Positions 13,520 to 25,091 of a stretch of DNA of 64,000 nt are shown one piece after another (within the stretch, counting starts at the first letter, position 1; each line of letters begins with the position of its first letter). The notes under the pieces are model-generated. The model searched no databases, was not told the DNA's origin, and saw nothing but the letters and a program-made list of their open reading frames with translations. The position numbers and the translations under genes were made by a program. This stretch comes from Dicyema japonicum (lineage: Eukaryota > Animalia > Dicyemida): contig RDEW01000010.1 in assembly GCA_011109175.1 (NCBI GenBank), positions 1,309,238 to 1,373,237 on the forward strand, in the 5' to 3' direction.

Positions 13520-14243
13520 ACTAACACTAATTAAGCAAAAACTGACATTGTGGAAATCAAAAGAATGAAAAGCAGATCGAGTGAAACATGGCGAAAAACA
13601 AACTTGGCTCTTTACTTGAAGACAGTCAAGATTTTGCCAGATGGAAGGCCCTCGCTTGGGTAACAATAAACAAGTTGAAGAAAAAGTGGATTGGCAAACG
13701 ACGATCCTTCACATCACTTCGCTTGAGACTGTATGAAGCCTTTGTCAAGCCGATCCTAATTTACAATTCATCTACCTGGGGAACGTCCAAAACCGAACAA
13801 CTTGGACTAGACACTTACCATCGAAGACAACTTAGATCCCTACTGGACTAAACTGGCCAGCAAGATTTAATAAAAGTAATCGCTGTACAAGAAATGTTGC
13901 ACGGGTCCACTGAGTCTCGAAATTGCTGATATGCGCTGGAGGCTATTTGGACATATCTTGCGTATGGACTTAAGCTCTCCAGCAAACATTGCAATGGAGG
14001 ATTACTTCATGTGACAGGGACCGTGTTTTCGTGGACGCCGGCGTATTACACTACCTGAAACACTTGACGGATATCTAAAGCTTGTGAACAAAAGTCTAAG
14101 AAGTGGGGACGACCTGGACGAGTTGAGGAAACTCTGTTACAATCAAAAAGGTTAGAAGAAGCTGGTTCGGAGGATTGTTTTGAATTCTGCACAAGTAAAA
14201 TTGTAACTATTATAATTTTACTAATGTTGCTTATAATAATAAT
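13520..14243 (+). mobile_element. RTE-like LINE 3' fragment with (TAA)n tail
   Basis: RLRLYEAFVKPILIYNSSTWG and RWRLFGHILRM, then a terminal hairpin and TAA repeats at about 14232-14243. Confidence 0.85.
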
Positions 14244-14540
14244 GCTAAAGCATTTTAATTTAAACACAAATTCTTAAATATATGGATTGCCGCATTTCCA
14301 ATGAGTTTTTTGCATAATATCGTTGATTTCCATGAAGACTTTTTACATGTCACTGGTTTTCTTCAAGAGTGTTACTCATTCTTGTATTTAATTTACTACA
14401 ATAAAGTGATTAAAAAAAAAAATAATAAATTTTATAAAATTTTAATTAAATTAAATTTTAATAATTTTTATATAAATTATGTATTTATATAAAATATTTA
14501 TCATTCATAAAATATATAAAAATAAATATAAATCCCATTG

Positions 14541-15561
14541 ATGAACTTTATAATCACAAGTTTGTTATATTAAATTTTTAGCAATTGTGCTGTCCTTAAG
14601 TATTATAGCAGTTGTTAACACTTTTACTATTAAAATATCAAATGCGACCGTTCCAACGTGGAAAATTATTATACATGACGAGTTATCCCTGTTATTTTCC
14701 GGAATCATTAACTTGAGACTGATGTACGATGAAAATGTAAGCAAATATTATTATAGTAGGATCAAGTTATTAATTTCGATGACTCAGACGTCGAGTATAG
14801 TAATTTTGGAAATGGAGTACTTGTCTTAAAATTCATCGTTGAAAATAAACTCGTTGGGTTTAGAATTAGAATTACTGATAATACGACTTTTGTGGATAAC
14901 ATTTATGTCGTCGTTAGGGGTTTAGTGTTGGTTGAAAGTAGGGGATTTTATTCGGCAATCTTCTACTGACCTAACTGAAAGTTTCGACATTGGAAATTCT
15001 TATCAATGCAATTATTTAAAACACCAGTTTAGGGAACATTTTATTCTCAACGTGCTTTACTTAAAGTTGCAAGTGTTTCAAACCCTTGAAATTTCATCAT
15101 TTTCCGAGCAAGGTTATTCCTATAATTATTTCGAGCTGATAATTGCAGTTCTGTATTATCGAGTGATGAACCTATTGAACCAATAACTGGTACCTAAAAT
15201 TTATTTTAATTATATTTTTTTATTTGTAGAAAACACAACTCCTACTATAACTTCTCCCACGACTTCAACAGAAAGTAAGATATCTTTATGATTAATCAAT
15301 TATTGATTGTTACCTTCACTCATAGAATTGTCAACTACGACTTCTCCCATTACCACAACTCTTCCTTTGACTGAAGGTAAAATTTTTAATTTTATAAATA
15401 ATTATTATTATTTTATTTAAAGATTCAATCAACACAGGTTCAAATAGTTCTAAGTGATAGTAAGCACTCATTCTCGTAAATTAGCTACTTCCTCTGAAAC
15501 TCGTCCTTTTGAAGTAAGTTTCTTGATGCTTGCTTGGATGTTAGTTGTCATATTAATTTAA
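14541..15561 (+). CDS. LAMP-like domain surface glycoprotein with Ser/Thr-rich stalk and GPI-type C-terminus (about 256 aa, 9 exons)
   Basis: 8 GT-AG introns (14560-14581, 14737-14759, 14920-14941, 15113-15135, 15190-15229, 15275-15325, 15377-15422, 15438-15460) give one open frame: signal peptide, GNSYQC...LKLQVF...F..ADNC (LAMP-like), Thr/Pro stalk, hydrophobic end FLMLAWMLVVILI*. Confidence 0.75.
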
Positions 15562-15669
15562 CTGATATTAACATTGATTGGAGTTGGTTAATTAGTTTTC
15601 AAAACTGATATGAAATTATTATTATTAACCCAAGAACACCAATAGTTAATTTAACGGTCCTTCACTCTA

Positions 15670-16520
15670 CTTCCGGACTAAACGTACCGCTGACGCCGTC
15701 GGGAGCCTGGGATGAATGGATGAATTTGTACCTAAATGCTCCGGTCAATTGTGATAAGCAAAAGTCCTATTTGTTTTGTGTCTTCGAAAAGAAGAAAGAA
15801 TCCCTTGAAAAGACGGAAGATATAAGAAGGCTTGCTTGCCTCAAGACAGCCAGTTGTCACTCGACGGGGGCCTGGATGAACGCTTTTCCATCTGCTGAAA
15901 TTGGAAACCTGTTGGATGATGAGGCTGTGAGAATAGCTACCTCGCTTCGTCTTGGTCTTAAATTGTGTGCCGAAGAAAATGCCGCTGTGGACGTTGGATC
16001 GATCCTTTTGGTTATCATCCCTTGTCATGCAAGATGAGTGCGGGTCGTTTCCCCAGGCACTCCTGCCTTAACATGACATTAAAGAATTCCCTTGCCTCTG
16101 CTGGACACCATTGCCTGTTAGAACCTGCTGGTCTTTCTCGAAACGATGGAAAACGCCCTGATGGGATGACGACTTTTCCATTCGCCAACGGACGAAACCT
16201 GATCTGGGACGCGACGTGTATTGATACTTATTCCCCGTCTAATTTGGTTGCTTCTGCTTCAGACCCAGGACATGCTTCGAAGCAGGCCGAGGAACGAAAG
16301 AGGAGGAAGTACCAGAGAATTTTCTGAGGAGTATATATTTGTTCCATTCGCGGTGGAAACGTCAGGAATCCTTGGCCCCACAAGCAGATGAGTTGGTTTC
16401 GTAAGATCGGCTCCATGATTCAAGCTGTGACCAAGGATCCGCGAGAGACTGGTTGGTTCCGAGAACGTATCTCGTTGGCTATTGTTAGGGGAAATAGCAT
16501 GGCCATTCAGATGCTTAATT
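15670..16520 (+). mobile_element. CRE-clade LINE 3' portion
   Basis: GAWMNAFP, GYHPLSCKMSAGRFPRH, GKRPDGMTTFPF, WDATCIDT and SLAIVRGNS motifs. Confidence 0.9.
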
Positions 16521-16599
16521 TAATTTTTATTATTTTGATAATAAATTTCTTTTATTAAAAAAAAAAAAATTTAACTACTAAATTAATTAAGTGATCTCA

Positions 16600-16990
16600 A
16601 AGGCCCCAATCAGAATTCTCATTTTCTCCTCGTGCGCCTTCTGGGATCCAACACAACTTTTCTGTGGCAGGGTGGTTTCGGGAAATAGGAATTGGAGAGG
16701 GGGTGATGCATACTTTTCTCATAAGACACGTCGTGGCTGTGTATTGTTGATAGCTGCACTGCTGCACAAGGCAGCAAATCCCTTACCATTTTGTCGGATA
16801 AGGTCTCCAATTGATGAAGTGCGTTTATACAATAGAGGCACGTCACCACCTCAACCAAACAGCTGTATGAAGATCTCAAGGCAACCAACCGGAGGCTAGA
16901 GGATCTGATGCTATAAGAAGTTTGGTGTGTAACAGGGGAGGATGTACAAGATTGGTCCGATAAATTGCTTAAGTGCCGCACGTGTGGAAA
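16600..16990 (+). mobile_element. possible Ty3/gypsy integrase relic
   Basis: GC-richer patch with frameshifted DAYFS..., TILSD and TSPPQPNS (cf. TSPYHPQSNG) motifs. Confidence 0.35.
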
Positions 16991-17187
16991 TATAAAAAAT
17001 TATTTTTCTACGATAGTTGATTAATAATATAAAATATAAGCGATTAGGAAAATTTGAAAGTAATTCGTGTTAGCACTATCGGGGGACAAATTTATTAACT
17101 TTGTCGATTGACAGTAGACAGAGAAATATTTAGTATTCAACCGACCAAGCATTACCACGGTTGAGGTCAGAGACGAATTTTTTAAAC

Positions 17188-17660
17188 CAGTGGTTCTCAA
17201 CTTTTTTTGTTCTGCAGGCCAAATCAATAATTAACAATTGGTTCGCGGGCCACAAAATTTTTTTTAAAGAAAATTAAACTTTATTAACTAATTAATGTGA
17301 GCATTGAATCTGCTTTCCTTAACTATTCTTTTAAAACAGGGACTCTAATTTGATGACGACGTACGAAAGAGTTGCATAAGATGTTCATCAGTTAATTGGT
17401 TGCGAAATTTTATTTATCCATGTGATCTGCTGAAACAGAGCTTCACAAACATACGTTTGATCCAAAAACAGATGCATTTTCATACGCAATCATAACCAAT
17501 TTGAATATTTTAAATTAAAATTCTACTCCAAAATTATAATAGTTGACATTCTTAAATATTGCGATGAGGTCTATACCCGACTTAACACGTTTTTCAGAAA
17601 TCACAAAAAATATTAATGATATTAATTGTGACAGTTGAGAAAAAGTTTAGGATGAGTAAG
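17188..17660 (-). mobile_element. hAT transposase C-terminal relic with terminal repeat
   Basis: minus strand resembles VFGS.YVCEALFS...NQLTDEHL (frameshifted); cagtggttctcaac TIR at 17188. Confidence 0.7.
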
Positions 17661-17689
17661 TTCCGCAAAAATCGTTTGTGCCATTGCAA

Positions 17690-17815
17690 CGCTCTACTCA
17701 CAGTTCTTCGAACCATGCATTTCATATGCGTTTGCTTTATGGGGACCAGATCCATTTCGTCGAGATCACTTTGTTTAGTTTTTTCGGTTTAACAGTGGTC
17801 TTTAGAATTAATTTA
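17690..17815 (+). mobile_element. Vingi-like LINE extreme 3' end
   Basis: near-identical to 61835-61900; carries the terminal hairpin. Confidence 0.6.
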
Positions 17816-17899
17816 ATTAACATAGAAAATTTTAATTTTTTAGAATGGTTTACCTCTAATGAAATAAAAAATAAACCACCACGCTATAATAATTGTTTT

Positions 17900-18560
17900 T
17901 TTCTGCCAGTATTGGTCTTATTCGTCAGGTTCTAGTATTTAAAAGTTGAACAGTAGCAGCGTAACTTAAGAAATTTGGACGTTTCTAAGCCTAGGATCCC
18001 CGAGAACATTAAAACAATGAGCCTAAAAAAGAGATATGTTCAAAAAATATACTGGAATCGAGATCAAAAGGAAAATCATATAAATGCAATTTCTCTGTTA
18101 ATTGGGTTCCCTTAAGGGTAAGTGGTATCCCCACTCTTGTTATTCCACAATTGAAAATAATATTCCTTAAATAGAAAACAGTCAATACTTCATTTTTAAC
18201 CTTGGACGAGATCAGTGAAAATAAGCAGTAATCTCACTGTAAAAGATACCGAAATCCTCTTTAGTAAATTACGAAATACCTTGGGAGTAACCTTCGACGA
18301 TAAATCCACTGAAAAGCCTGTCATGGCTCTACGAAAGATCATAATTTGATAAAGTTAGGCATGTTGGTGTTCAACGTACTTTATAATAGCTGACGAACAT
18401 CACTTTTATGGCTGAATAAGTTCCCTCAAATAGAGATCTTGTCATCAGTGATGGAAATCGAACATTGTATAATTTGTATTGAAAAGAAGGGTCTGGTAAA
18501 GCTAGAAACCGATGTTTTATCATTTTCAATAATTTCATTCTATTTGAGACTTTCATATTA
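17900..18560 (+). mobile_element. degenerate LINE RT relic
   Basis: decayed G.P.G..VSPLLF and YLGVTFDD motifs. Confidence 0.5.
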
Positions 18561-19829
18561 TATTCATGATCTACGTTTTTCAGAGATGCAATGAAAGTGT
18601 AAAGGAAGTAAATTCGTCCACTATTATATCCACATTAACAGTATCATTTTTGAGTGAACGCTTTACATAAATTATCTTACTTTTTGTAAGTTTTAGAGAT
18701 TTCAGTTTGGCCAAAGAAAGAGCCTGCCTGACCAGGTACCTAAATTTCGCTTGTACTCTTTAACCTTGAAAAAAGGAGTAAATAATTGATAGATTGTCGA
18801 GCATAGTCTATATGTTTACGTTTTCGTACTCTGAGGCTTTCTTCTAGACGGCTGAGTTGAGATTTTCTTCCTTCATATCAGTTAGGGGAATAGTAGTAAT
18901 TGATTTTGATGTTCCTCGTTTGGGCACAAATTTGGCAGAGGAGGCTATCCGGGAAGAGAGTGGTCGGAAGTCTTGTTTCTTTTTGGGGAGAAACAATAAC
19001 AACACCATGTATTTTCGTAATTGCAACATTTACCTGATAGGATAATCAGTTATTTTACCATTGTTCAATATTAACAGAATAAGTCTGGAAACTCAAGACC
19101 AACAACTTTTCCAGATTCTGATTTTTTCCATTCCTTCCCTCATATACAAACAATATATCCTCCCAAATATCAAACACACATGTCCAGCATAAATTACACC
19201 GTTGTCTATATTCGCACAAAGCAAACTTGAATTTAAATCAATCTTCGAATTCTGCAACAAAAAAACGCCTACCTTATTAAGGTGAACGATTAATGTTAAA
19301 ACAGTGAACATTTGACGGACAAACAACGGAATTTTATTAAAAATACGAAATCGACCATAAAGAATAGATACTTGTGTACATGGAATATTAATATATATTT
19401 GAAAATAAAAAATCTCCTCTCTGGAGGCTAATGAAAGACTTTAGACAACACCGAAATGTGGGAAGAGACACCAGGATCACTTTAATTTTCTATTTTATGT
19501 TCCTGGGATTATAATTATAAGTCTGGAAACCAAATGTCACAAATCAACTATTAACAGAACATCAAATTATTATTAACTACACGTGGATACTCCCGTGGTG
19601 TAAACGTTAGTGATGCTATGTGGAAGATTTATGGTTGTTTCTTATGTTCTTTTTCTAATAGAATAGTGTGATCGACTCGTGTGGAAGGACTCTGTTAAGA
19701 GGAAACTGGATAAACTTAGTTGTTAACAAACTTATGTGAATAATGGTAGTTAATATTTGTAATAACATATTTTGTATGTTAAAATATACATAATACTGTT
19801 AATGATTAAATTAAATGTTTGACATCAAT

Positions 19830-22132
19830 TCATTTAATACTTTTTAACTTTTCGTCCAATTTATCCAGTGATTCCAACAAACGGTTCTCCTCTATTGAAA
19901 GAACTGATGGATCTGACTAATTAAACAATAATAACTGGTTTGTGGAGAAGATGCGGTACTCACAAGTCTGTTCATCAAACTCATAGATAGATTGTCGTAG
20001 TTTACGTACTTTTCGGCTGCATTGAAGAAGGCTATACTGTCCAATGCTACTTAATCTCATATTCAACTACTTGGGAGGGAATTGACTCTTGTATTCGATT
20101 TCTTTGGAATAGACGATGACTTGGGAGGATTAACCAAGTAATTGAGTGAATGAGATGATCCATGTCTTTAATTGTATACCTGTATTACCTTCCACTCATT
20201 GTACAGGCAGGTCGTTTGTCAGAGGTTGGACTCGTTCTATTAAATACAGCTGTTTGGGGACGTCTCTCACTAACTTCTCTCCCTGATAGAAGGCTTCCAT
20301 CGAAATCAACGAGGTTAGGCATCCTCAATTGCTGGTTCTCATACAGTGGGTTGAGGAATGGTTTCTTGTCTATTATCAGAGGCACGTGGAATGGGATTTC
20401 TGTAACATCAACTACATTCCTTTACTTTTATATTTTTCTCTATAAGTTTGCACTTGTTTCACTTCTTCCTTGGTTTGTTGTTCCATGGTATCTACATTTT
20501 CTGATGGTTCTAGTAAATGTTGAGCTTTTAGTAATTATACATTTACTTGTTTGTAATATATTTTTTGATTGGACACGTGGAGGATGCTGATCCGCAAATC
20601 GAACAGATTTGACCTTCAATATTACAATAGTGGATACGTTCTCCTCAATGGTGGTCTTTGAACGGACTTTCATTACTTCAATGCTGTCGAATATAACTGT
20701 TTTGGACTTTTTAAACTGTCCTGGTGATTTTTTTAAGATTCCTTTTATGATTTTACTACTCTGATTCTTTCAAGAATATTCATTACCTGCTCAGTCGTAT
20801 TGCTCTTTGGATAATGTAGTCGAGGACTGAGGAATGAGTTATCACAAATGCCAAATTCTTTATCGGGAACATTTTCTTCCAATTTTGGCTGTGTGTAGCT
20901 CTTTGTGAGACCAGTCTTTGGTTTATAAAACTTGTTTTGAGTTGTCGTTGGCTGAGTTTTTGACAGATCGGAAGACGGAATTACAAGATCAATTGATATG
21001 TCCTCGGGGATTTCTGTTATCAGTTCTGGCATCTTAGAAACATTTTTCGTGGGCCTTGATGACTTTGGTCTCATTATTATATTTTTAACTTCTTCCTTAA
21101 CAGTTTGTGGAATTTCAGACGTAGTTTTGATCAAATCGTTGGGATTCGATGACTTTGCCTTTTCATTCATAAGATGCGATGTCTCTGTTTTTTGATTACT
21201 GCAATCCTCGGGGCATGCTCGTTGAGTAACCGTGGTTGATTGAGGATGAGAAGTAATGAGTAACTGAGGACGTTGAAACATAGTTTGACTCAACGGACTT
21301 CGGGAATATGTTGATAGCTGATGATTTTTAAACTGTGGTTCACTTGCATCTGTTTTTCTCGTATTTTCTTTTAAAATATCGAATGTATCCTTTGGAGGTT
21401 GAAACACAGGAGATCTGATGATATGCGTGTTGGTCCTCATTGTAGGTTCAGGAGTACTCCTATATCTCTTATCTTCCCAATCAGTTTTATTTCTCCTTAA
21501 TCCGTTGGTTACTTCTTCTCGAATTTGTGCAATAGGACTATGGTGAAATGATCTTGTAGATCTTTCACTCCCACATGATGAGGCCGAGGTTATTCTATAA
21601 ACGTCATATTTTGCTGATTTGTCTGTAATACTAAACCAATCAGTACTGCTGGTATTCTGAATTGGAATGGAATGTGAGGCCGAGGATATTTGACGTTGTG
21701 TATTAATCTTCATCATTCTTTGGGAATAAATCGATTTCAAATGCACTAAAATAATACTTTTGGAAAATCATTACGGAGCCTGGATGACGGCGTTTGTTGC
21801 CGTTTCTTAACGTACGTGGCCCTTTGGTACTTTTCCGTGATCTCCTGAATACGTTGGTGACGTTCTGCCAGGACCTTCTTTCTGTACTCTTCTTCCTCGG
21901 CTTGTTGTCGGAGTTTCTTTTCTTCGTAATTTCTACAATTATATTCCATTAAATTAAAATTATGTTAACGTTTAATACTTTTGCCGTCTCCGCGTTTCCA
22001 ACTCATTGCGGTGGTCAAATCTCAGTGGAACACTTTGTGGGATCTCCCTTTGATTACTCCCATAGAAATGTCTCTCAATGTTCTCTCTAAGCAAATAACA
22101 TTAAACACTACAAATAGGACATTTTACATCAT
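19830..22132 (-). CDS. CEP126: CEP126/KIAA1377-like centrosomal/ciliary protein (multi-exon; internal exon boundaries only partly resolved)
   Basis: N-terminal coiled coil ETRRRQKNYEEKK...ERHQRIQEITEKYQRA and C-terminal SVLSIEENRLLESLDKLDEKL resemble the two conserved CEP126 ends as recalled; introns 22087-22127, 21933-21978, 21746-21774. Confidence 0.6.
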
Positions 22133-22540
22133 TTCTGAATGGAAACCTTGGTTTTTAATATTGTCATTTGAATCCAGAAAATTAATTAAAATAATTAATT
22201 TAAATATGCATTTTTAATTATTCTTAAAATTGATCATTTCCGTGTTTTTATCGACAGCCGTTGACAACCAAAATCTTAAAAATCATTACATGATATAATT
22301 TTAGTCTCAAATTATATTCAACAAATTTGAATCATACAGTTTTAACTTTTGTGTGGAAAATTTAGATTTTTGGATATTTTGTGATTAAATTCATCAAAAT
22401 GCATGGTGTCGAAGTAGTCAAAACAGTCAAAATATAATTTTTGTGAAAATTGATAATTTCATATATTTTACGAAATTTCAGCGCAAAAGTTCGATTCGGA
22501 ATTATTATATATACGGAAATGATGATTTGGAGACGTGTAA

Positions 22541-23443
22541 ATGGATTATCCACACAATTATGATCTCGACAATGGTAACAAGCCGGAAAACCAATTCTCC
22601 AGCCAATATGGAAATCCAAAGTTATTTTACAACAATTTCTTTTACCCATCTGAACCCCCAATAAATAATGATGATGTATTCGGACTCATCCGCAACCAAG
22701 ATTACTACCCTAGACTGTATGAGATCCCACATGGGGGAGGGGAGGACTATTGGAATTCGTACCAAGTAAATGAAATAAATAATTTTAACTTTTTGTGTCA
22801 CACAAAACCACAAATGGAAGATCAAAAGTTCAACATTGTAACACTGTGCAGTGATAAAAATACTTGCAATGAGGAATATGTTAAAATCACCTCAGAAGAA
22901 CTTATTGAGTTTGCAAACAAATTCAAACAAATCAGAATTAGAAATGGATACACTCAGGCTGACGTGGGGAACTCATTGGGGAATCTCTATGGAACCTTCC
23001 TCTCCCAGACGACCGTGTGTCGTTTCGAATCCCTGCAACTCTCCTCAAAGAATATGTGTAAACTGAAACCCCTAATGGAAAAGTGGATAAAGGAAATCAC
23101 GTTCAATAATGTTGATTTTAATGGATCAGAAAAACAGTTTATATTGGGAAGTAAACGGAAAAAGAGGACTCCGATCGACAGTTCCGTGAAATATATGCTT
23201 GAAAAGTACTTCTCTCAAAATCAAAAGCCTGGATCGTTGATTATCCGCCAGATTGCTAATACCTTAAAACTCGACAAGGATGTAATTCGAGTCTGGTTTT
23301 GTAATCGTCGACAGAAAGAGAAGAGAAACTTAGGATACAACCATTCCTTACCGGGCGAAGGGAATTTTTCCTTGGACAATCCCTTCAGTGAAACCAGGGA
23401 GGATCCCTTATATTACGGAATGAATGGTAGTCGACATGTTTAA
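22541..23443 (+). CDS. POU3F: POU-domain transcription factor, class III-like, apparently intronless (300 aa)
   Basis: POU-specific domain (FANKFKQIRI..GYTQADVG...SQTTVCRFESLQLS.KNMCKLKPLMEKW), about 17-aa linker, homeodomain KRKKRT...VWFCNRRQKEKR. Confidence 0.9.
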   Translation: MDYPHNYDLDNGNKPENQFSSQYGNPKLFYNNFFYPSEPPINNDDVFGLIRNQDYYPRLYEIPHGGGEDYWNSYQVNEINNFNFLCHTKPQMEDQKFNIVTLCSDKNTCNEEYVKITSEELIEFANKFKQIRIRNGYTQADVGNSLGNLYGTFLSQTTVCRFESLQLSSKNMCKLKPLMEKWIKEITFNNVDFNGSEKQFILGSKRKKRTPIDSSVKYMLEKYFSQNQKPGSLIIRQIANTLKLDKDVIRVWFCNRRQKEKRNLGYNHSLPGEGNFSLDNPFSETREDPLYYGMNGSRHV

Positions 23444-24229
23444 TTATTTTCATGCTTTATTGGAGTTTTACAAGTTAATAAATTATTATGTCAATCAAAA
23501 CGTCCACTCGACAGTTTGTATTTATAGTGTTAGGTAATGAATATTCACTTGTGACCACACGTTTGCGACACATTGTGCATAAATTATTGGAAAACAGGTG
23601 TATCTCATTAAAGAGGTTAAGTAATAAAATTATTTTTACATTGACAGGTCCCTCGTTACTTAAAACACTGATTAACCGGGTAAAGTTTACAAATTAAGTT
23701 ATTACCATTCATAGCTTAATTGACAAAATACATCATGTTCACACTATAATCACACGATCGGAGGTATCCACGGTTTTAGAAGACCTCCGTGTCATTCTCC
23801 TGTTTTTGATGGTCTTGGTTATACCTCTAAGTTCGACCTAGATTTTGTTTTCGTTGAATGAGCTTTCAAAAATTTATTAACCAGGGCAAAAACCCGGAAG
23901 TGATGGAATTGTGTTTCTTAAAGGCTTTTTTCTCGAAGGATTTCCTTCTGCACTTTTTAACGAGAGGCTGAGGATCCTCGATTCGTTCTTGTGGAAAAAT
24001 TATCTATTCATCCACAAGTTAATTTTTGCTCTTAGGTGCTTGCTTGCTTTCAGGCACTGTAAACACCGTCGATTTAACCTTAAAATCCTTAGTGGAAGAT
24101 GTTATAAATGTCATGATCGTGGATGTAAAAACTCCACACTTTTAGCAATAGTCAACATAGCAATCACTTGACACTCTCTAAAGCGAAGGAATGGAGAATA
24201 GTAGTCGTGAAGATGCCTACCCAATTTCT

Positions 24230-24700
24230 GAGATGAGGACTCTGCTCAACAACGAGAGCCCTCTCATTGGCATCTCATGATGTCTGTGAGACTCCACATT
24301 CACTTCTGCAAGAAAAGTTCTGGAAGATTTTCCAGCTTGCGGCCCTAAATGATATTATTAAATATGCTCTTGAAGGTGCTGGTTTCCCTTTTATCATTGA
24401 ACCTGTTGTACTTGATGTGACCAGAAGGATGGCAATCTTTTCATTTCCAAGGATGTTCTCTCATATATGATGTTACTTGTGTTTATACCTTTTCCATGAC
24501 TAATATATACTCAGACTGCGTTTGGGGCCTTTCTGTTTTGTCCTAATAGCATTTGAGACTTTGAATGTGGGCAGGCCTGTCACCAGAGGTGCTCTTGGAA
24601 GCACAATCTCGTTCAGGTTTGGGAATTCTCGGAGCAGTGTTGGTCGTGCGAACGTCTTAGAAATTCCATTGCTTGCCGCACTGTCTCTTGGTAGTTAATA
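24230..24700 (+). mobile_element. degenerate CRE LINE 3' fragment
   Basis: ALNDIIKYALEGAGFPFIIEP matches CRE ALNEIVRRAMDAAGYSAILEP. Confidence 0.7.
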
Positions 24701-25091
24701 CCTGATTCGCTTCTTTTGTAAAATAATGATGATTTTTATATAAAAATCATAATTAGAATATCTGTTTAACAATTGATATTTCTCTCAAGGATGAGACTAT
24801 AACTTTGAGTCTTGGTGTATCCAACAATATCAATATACAAATTAGTCGTATTTGTTTAGTCCACTTTAGACTTTAACGAGAGTTATATTTTTTGATTTAA
24901 AACGTCAAAAATCAAGTATTTATATTGATTTCCATTTTTGTCTAAATTAAACTAATTTCATTAAGTTGGCCTGACAATAATGATCGGTAGTGTTGTAGCT
25001 CACAGAATTATATTTCATTATACAAACTAAATGCATATAAAAATAAATTAATATATCCAAAAAATAAAGTTATTAACGTTTTATTGTATTG

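Noticed and set aside
18600-19750. Possible additional micro-intron gene between the RT relic and CEP126-like
   Set aside because: Several GT-AG candidates exist on both strands, but I could not assemble a continuous or recognisable frame
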